Part shown: one piece after another, positions 61,505-64,000 of the stretch
Layout: each line of letters opens with the position of its first letter
Numbering within the stretch: position 1 is the stretch's first letter
DNA from: Malacoraja senta
Taxonomy: Eukaryota
Reading direction: 5' to 3'
Assembly: GCA_038087875.1 (NCBI GenBank)
Contig: CM075991.1
Location: forward strand, 11,286,001-11,350,000
Length of the DNA: 64,000 nt
Made by a program: the position numbers and the translations under genes
Notes under the pieces: model-generated
The model's input: the letters and a program-made list of their open reading frames with translations, nothing else
What the model was told of the DNA's origin: nothing
Databases searched by the model: none

Positions 61505-62521
61505 CTACATCTTGACCAAGATGTTGTCGTACTCCGTCTCGGAGTTGCTGTTGCTGCCGGCCGCAGGGCGCGACCCTTCGGCCGACCTCCCCCTGCTAGC
61601 CCCCTGCTTGGCGTTGGCGGGCACGGCGTAGTCGTCGGTGTGCGGGTTGTAGGGGTACTCGTGTCCCCGCGGGTCGCACTCCTGGCCCTGCAGCCTCCAG
61701 GCGTGGCCCCTCACCTCCTCCGGGTAGTCGTAGAGCGAGGGTGCATCCGAGCCCTCGGGCTCGTCGTAGATGTGGTCCCTGGGGAGGGCCTGAGCCGGGG
61801 ATGGAGCCAGCGCCGCCACCTTCTCCTGCCGCCCGACACCGCGCTCGTCGATGGTGTCATACAGAGGGTATTCACTCGCCTGGGGCAGGAAGGTGGAGAA
61901 TCCCGTCGCCTCCGCACCACCGTCCACAGCCTTGACCGACGGACAGAGGAGGGATGCGAGGCGCAGGGTCTGGGCGATTGAGTCGAAGGGGACGGCGTAC
62001 TCAGATTCCTGTCCCGCCGCTGCCACCTCGTCCCGAGTCTTCCTGACCTTGCCCCGGGCCGCCGGCCTGGGAATAACATCCAGCACCTCAGAGTAGGTGG
62101 ACTGTAGGTCAGGCTGCATGCCTCTGGCTTGACCTCCATGGCCCTTGGACCCTGGGTTGACCTTCCAGGGCAAGGTGGAAGCCGACCGGACACTGGGCTC
62201 AGGGGCCACCTCCAGCGAGAGGCATCTCAGGGCTGGGAGAGTCGCATTGGCCATCTCGCCCTTGGCCTTGGCTGGCTGTTGGCCCTCAGTCTCGCTCAGC
62301 TCCCCTTCTTCCTCGGCCTCCTGGGCTGAGCCGGGCCTGGAGGCCACCAGCGGCTCGTTGTCCCCATCGCCGGCCGACAGCTTCTCCTCCCTGAAGCCCT
62401 GCCGGACAGACTTGATGGCCGACTCGATGATCTGGAAGATGCCATTGGCATGGTTGGTGTCAAACTCGAAGCTGCCCTCTCCGGACGCGCAGCGCCGGCC
62501 CGCCTCGAAAGAGAAGGTCAC
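61505..62521 (-). CDS. DOK2: DOK-family adaptor, terminal coding exon (PTB end plus tyrosine-rich tail)
   Basis: Acceptor tgtttccag|GTG, 339 codons including the TAG at 61505-61507. Contains VTFSFEAGRRCASGEGSFEF, EYAVPFD, DHIYDEPEG, SLYDYPEEVRGHAWR and C-terminal TEYDNILVK, which match recalled DOK2 tail motifs. Upstream PH-domain exons lie beyond the window. Confidence 0.88.
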   Translation of the reverse strand: MTFSFEAGRRCASGEGSFEFDTNHANGIFQIIESAIKSVRQGFREEKLSAGDGDNEPLVASRPGSAQEAEEEGELSETEGQQPAKAKGEMANATLPALRCLSLEVAPEPSVRSASTLPWKVNPGSKGHGGQARGMQPDLQSTYSEVLDVIPRPAARGKVRKTRDEVAAAGQESEYAVPFDSIAQTLRLASLLCPSVKAVDGGAEATGFSTFLPQASEYPLYDTIDERGVGRQEKVAALAPSPAQALPRDHIYDEPEGSDAPSLYDYPEEVRGHAWRLQGQECDPRGHEYPYNPHTDDYAVPANAKQGASRGRSAEGSRPAAGSNSNSETEYDNILVKM

Positions 62522-62639
62522 CTGGAAACAGAGCACAGAGGAAACGTGTTCAGGGTGCTGCCCCAGGGACGAGATACATCCTTGACCAGTCTGTGACGGC
62601 CACAACATTGAACCTACTGCTCACCATAGTGGGTGGGGT

Positions 62640-62693
62640 GGGGTGGGAGATCGCAACCTTCACGTGGTCCACCCTGTTTCGACCAATGCAATA
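62640..62693 (+). mobile_element. HDV-ribozyme head of the short retroposon, truncated by CR1, in the DOK2 intron (antisense)
   Basis: ggggtgg-ga-gatcgca-acc-ttcacgt-ggt-ccaccct-g-tttcga-ccaa-tgcaat. Confidence 0.8.
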
Positions 62694-63165
62694 GACAATA
62701 GGTGCAGGAGTAGGCCATTCGGCCCTTTGAGCCAGCACCGCCATTCACTCTGATCATGGCTGATCATCCACAATCAGTAACCTGTGCCTGCCTTCTCCCC
62801 ATATCCCTTGATTCCACTAGCCCCTAGAGCTCTATCTAACTCTCTCTTAAATCCATCCAGTGACTTGGCCTCCACTGCCCTCTGTGGCAGGGAATTCCAC
62901 AGATTCACAACTCTCTGGGTGAAACAGTGTTTTCTCATCTCAGTCTTAAATGACCTCCCCTTTATTCTAAGACTGTGGCCCCTGGTTCTGGACTCCCCCA
63001 ACATTAGGAACATTTTTCCTGCATCTAGCCTGTCCAATCCTTCTATAATTTTATACGTTTCTATAAGATCCCCCTCATCCTTCTCAACTCCAGTGAATAC
63101 AAGCCTAGTCTTTCCAATCTTTCCTCATATGACAGTCCCGCCATCCCAGGGGATTAACCTCGTGG
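62690..63165 (-). mobile_element. CR1 3' fragment in the DOK2 intron
   Basis: MDRLDAGKMFLMLGESRTRGHSLRIKG...FKRELD plus the tail. Confidence 0.9.
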
Positions 63166-63194
63166 ACCTTGTGGCGGAATTGGCAGCCGTTTAC

Positions 63195-63367
63195 CTTGTC
63201 CCGTCCAAAGCGCCTGAGGAACCTGTAGGGCCAGGTGAAGAGCAACTTGTTGCGCTCCAGCTCCTTCAGCTCGAGGCTGTCCTCCTCCACGACGAGCAGG
63301 AACGATCCCTGGAGGCCACAACGATCCGCTGCTTCCGTCTTCCTCACGGTCACCCGGAACTCCTTCA
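63195..63367 (-). CDS. DOK2: DOK-family adaptor, internal exon (IRS-type PTB domain, N-terminal part)
   Basis: Encodes KEFRVTVRKTEAADRCGLQGSFLL...LFTWPYRFLRRFGRDK. AG acceptor at 63368-63369 and GT donor at 63193-63194 on the minus strand. Splices in frame to the next exon (...GRDK|VTFSFEAGRRC), the DOK1/2/3 PTB signature. Confidence 0.92.
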
Positions 63368-63679
63368 CTGCACAACACACAACGTATACTGGTCAAAGAT
63401 CCAGCTCTACTTTAGACTTTAGAGACACATTGCCCCAAAACAGGCCCTTCGGCCCACCGAGTCCGGGCCGACCAGCCATCACCCCCGTACCGTAGCACTG
63501 GCCCCATAGCAGAAGCGTCCACGTCGCGGGGCTGGAAACTGGAAGTATCCCGAACTAATTCTGCTACCACCATCATCTATTGCAGGGGTGGGGAACTTTT
63601 TCCTGTTGGAATGCCGCATTAAGTTAGCTGTAATCTAACAAGGCCGCATCCAACAAACTTCAATTAGGTATACAGTGCT

Positions 63680-63888
63680 ATCTCTGCCTCAGAGGGCGGT
63701 GGAGGCCGGTTCTCTGGATGCTTTCAAGAGAGAGCTAGATAGGGCTCTTAAAAATAGCGGAGTCAGGGGATATGGGGAGAAGGCAGGAACGGGGTACTGA
63801 TTGGGGATGATCAGCCATGATCACATTGAATGGCTGGAAGGGCCAAATAGCCTACTCCTGCACCTATTGTCTATTGTCTATTGTCTAT
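63680..63888 (+). mobile_element. CR1 3' tail fragment in the upstream DOK2 intron
   Basis: ctctgcctcagagggcggtggagg...(tctattg)n. Confidence 0.85.
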
Positions 63889-64000
63889 TTCACGACATTT
63901 ATCTTGAAGGTTGTTGAAGAAATCTATCCCTCGTTTTCTACCCTTAAGAGTGCCCAAAGCGAGTAACTCTTCGTAGCAATAAAATAGCCCTCATGACTTA

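Noticed and set aside
62522..62608. 5' extension of the 367-aa DOK ORF (MLWPSQ...)
   Set aside because: Intronic read-through upstream of the AG acceptor at 62522-62523.

Overview
This is a vertebrate genomic window, most likely from a skate or ray; that is inferred from HE1/V-type SINEs, CR1 LINEs and the repeat mix. It contains a 200-N assembly gap at 23799-23998. The only well-supported gene is the 3' part of a DOK-family adaptor, best match DOK2, on the minus strand: a PTB exon at 63195-63367 and a terminal exon at 61505-62521. The rest is repeat-dense intergenic DNA. It holds many CR1 copies (one near-complete ORF2 at 23999-26716), three L1 copies, Rex-Babar/Rex1, Tx1, RTE-like and Hero-like fragments, HE1-type SINEs, one CORE-type SINE, PIF/Harbinger MITEs, a second MITE family, and several mini- and microsatellites. 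The main finding is a ~140-bp SINE-like retroposon present in 4 copies. Its first 54 nt fold into a complete minimal HDV-like self-cleaving ribozyme, and in the intact copies the insertion begins at the predicted cleavage site. Second, roughly 30 short Penelope-derived termini carry a minimal hammerhead-like motif; many are inverted pairs flanked by target duplications, and one lies sense-oriented in the predicted DOK2 3' UTR. All family names come from recalled motifs, not database searches, and many repeat boundaries are approximate.
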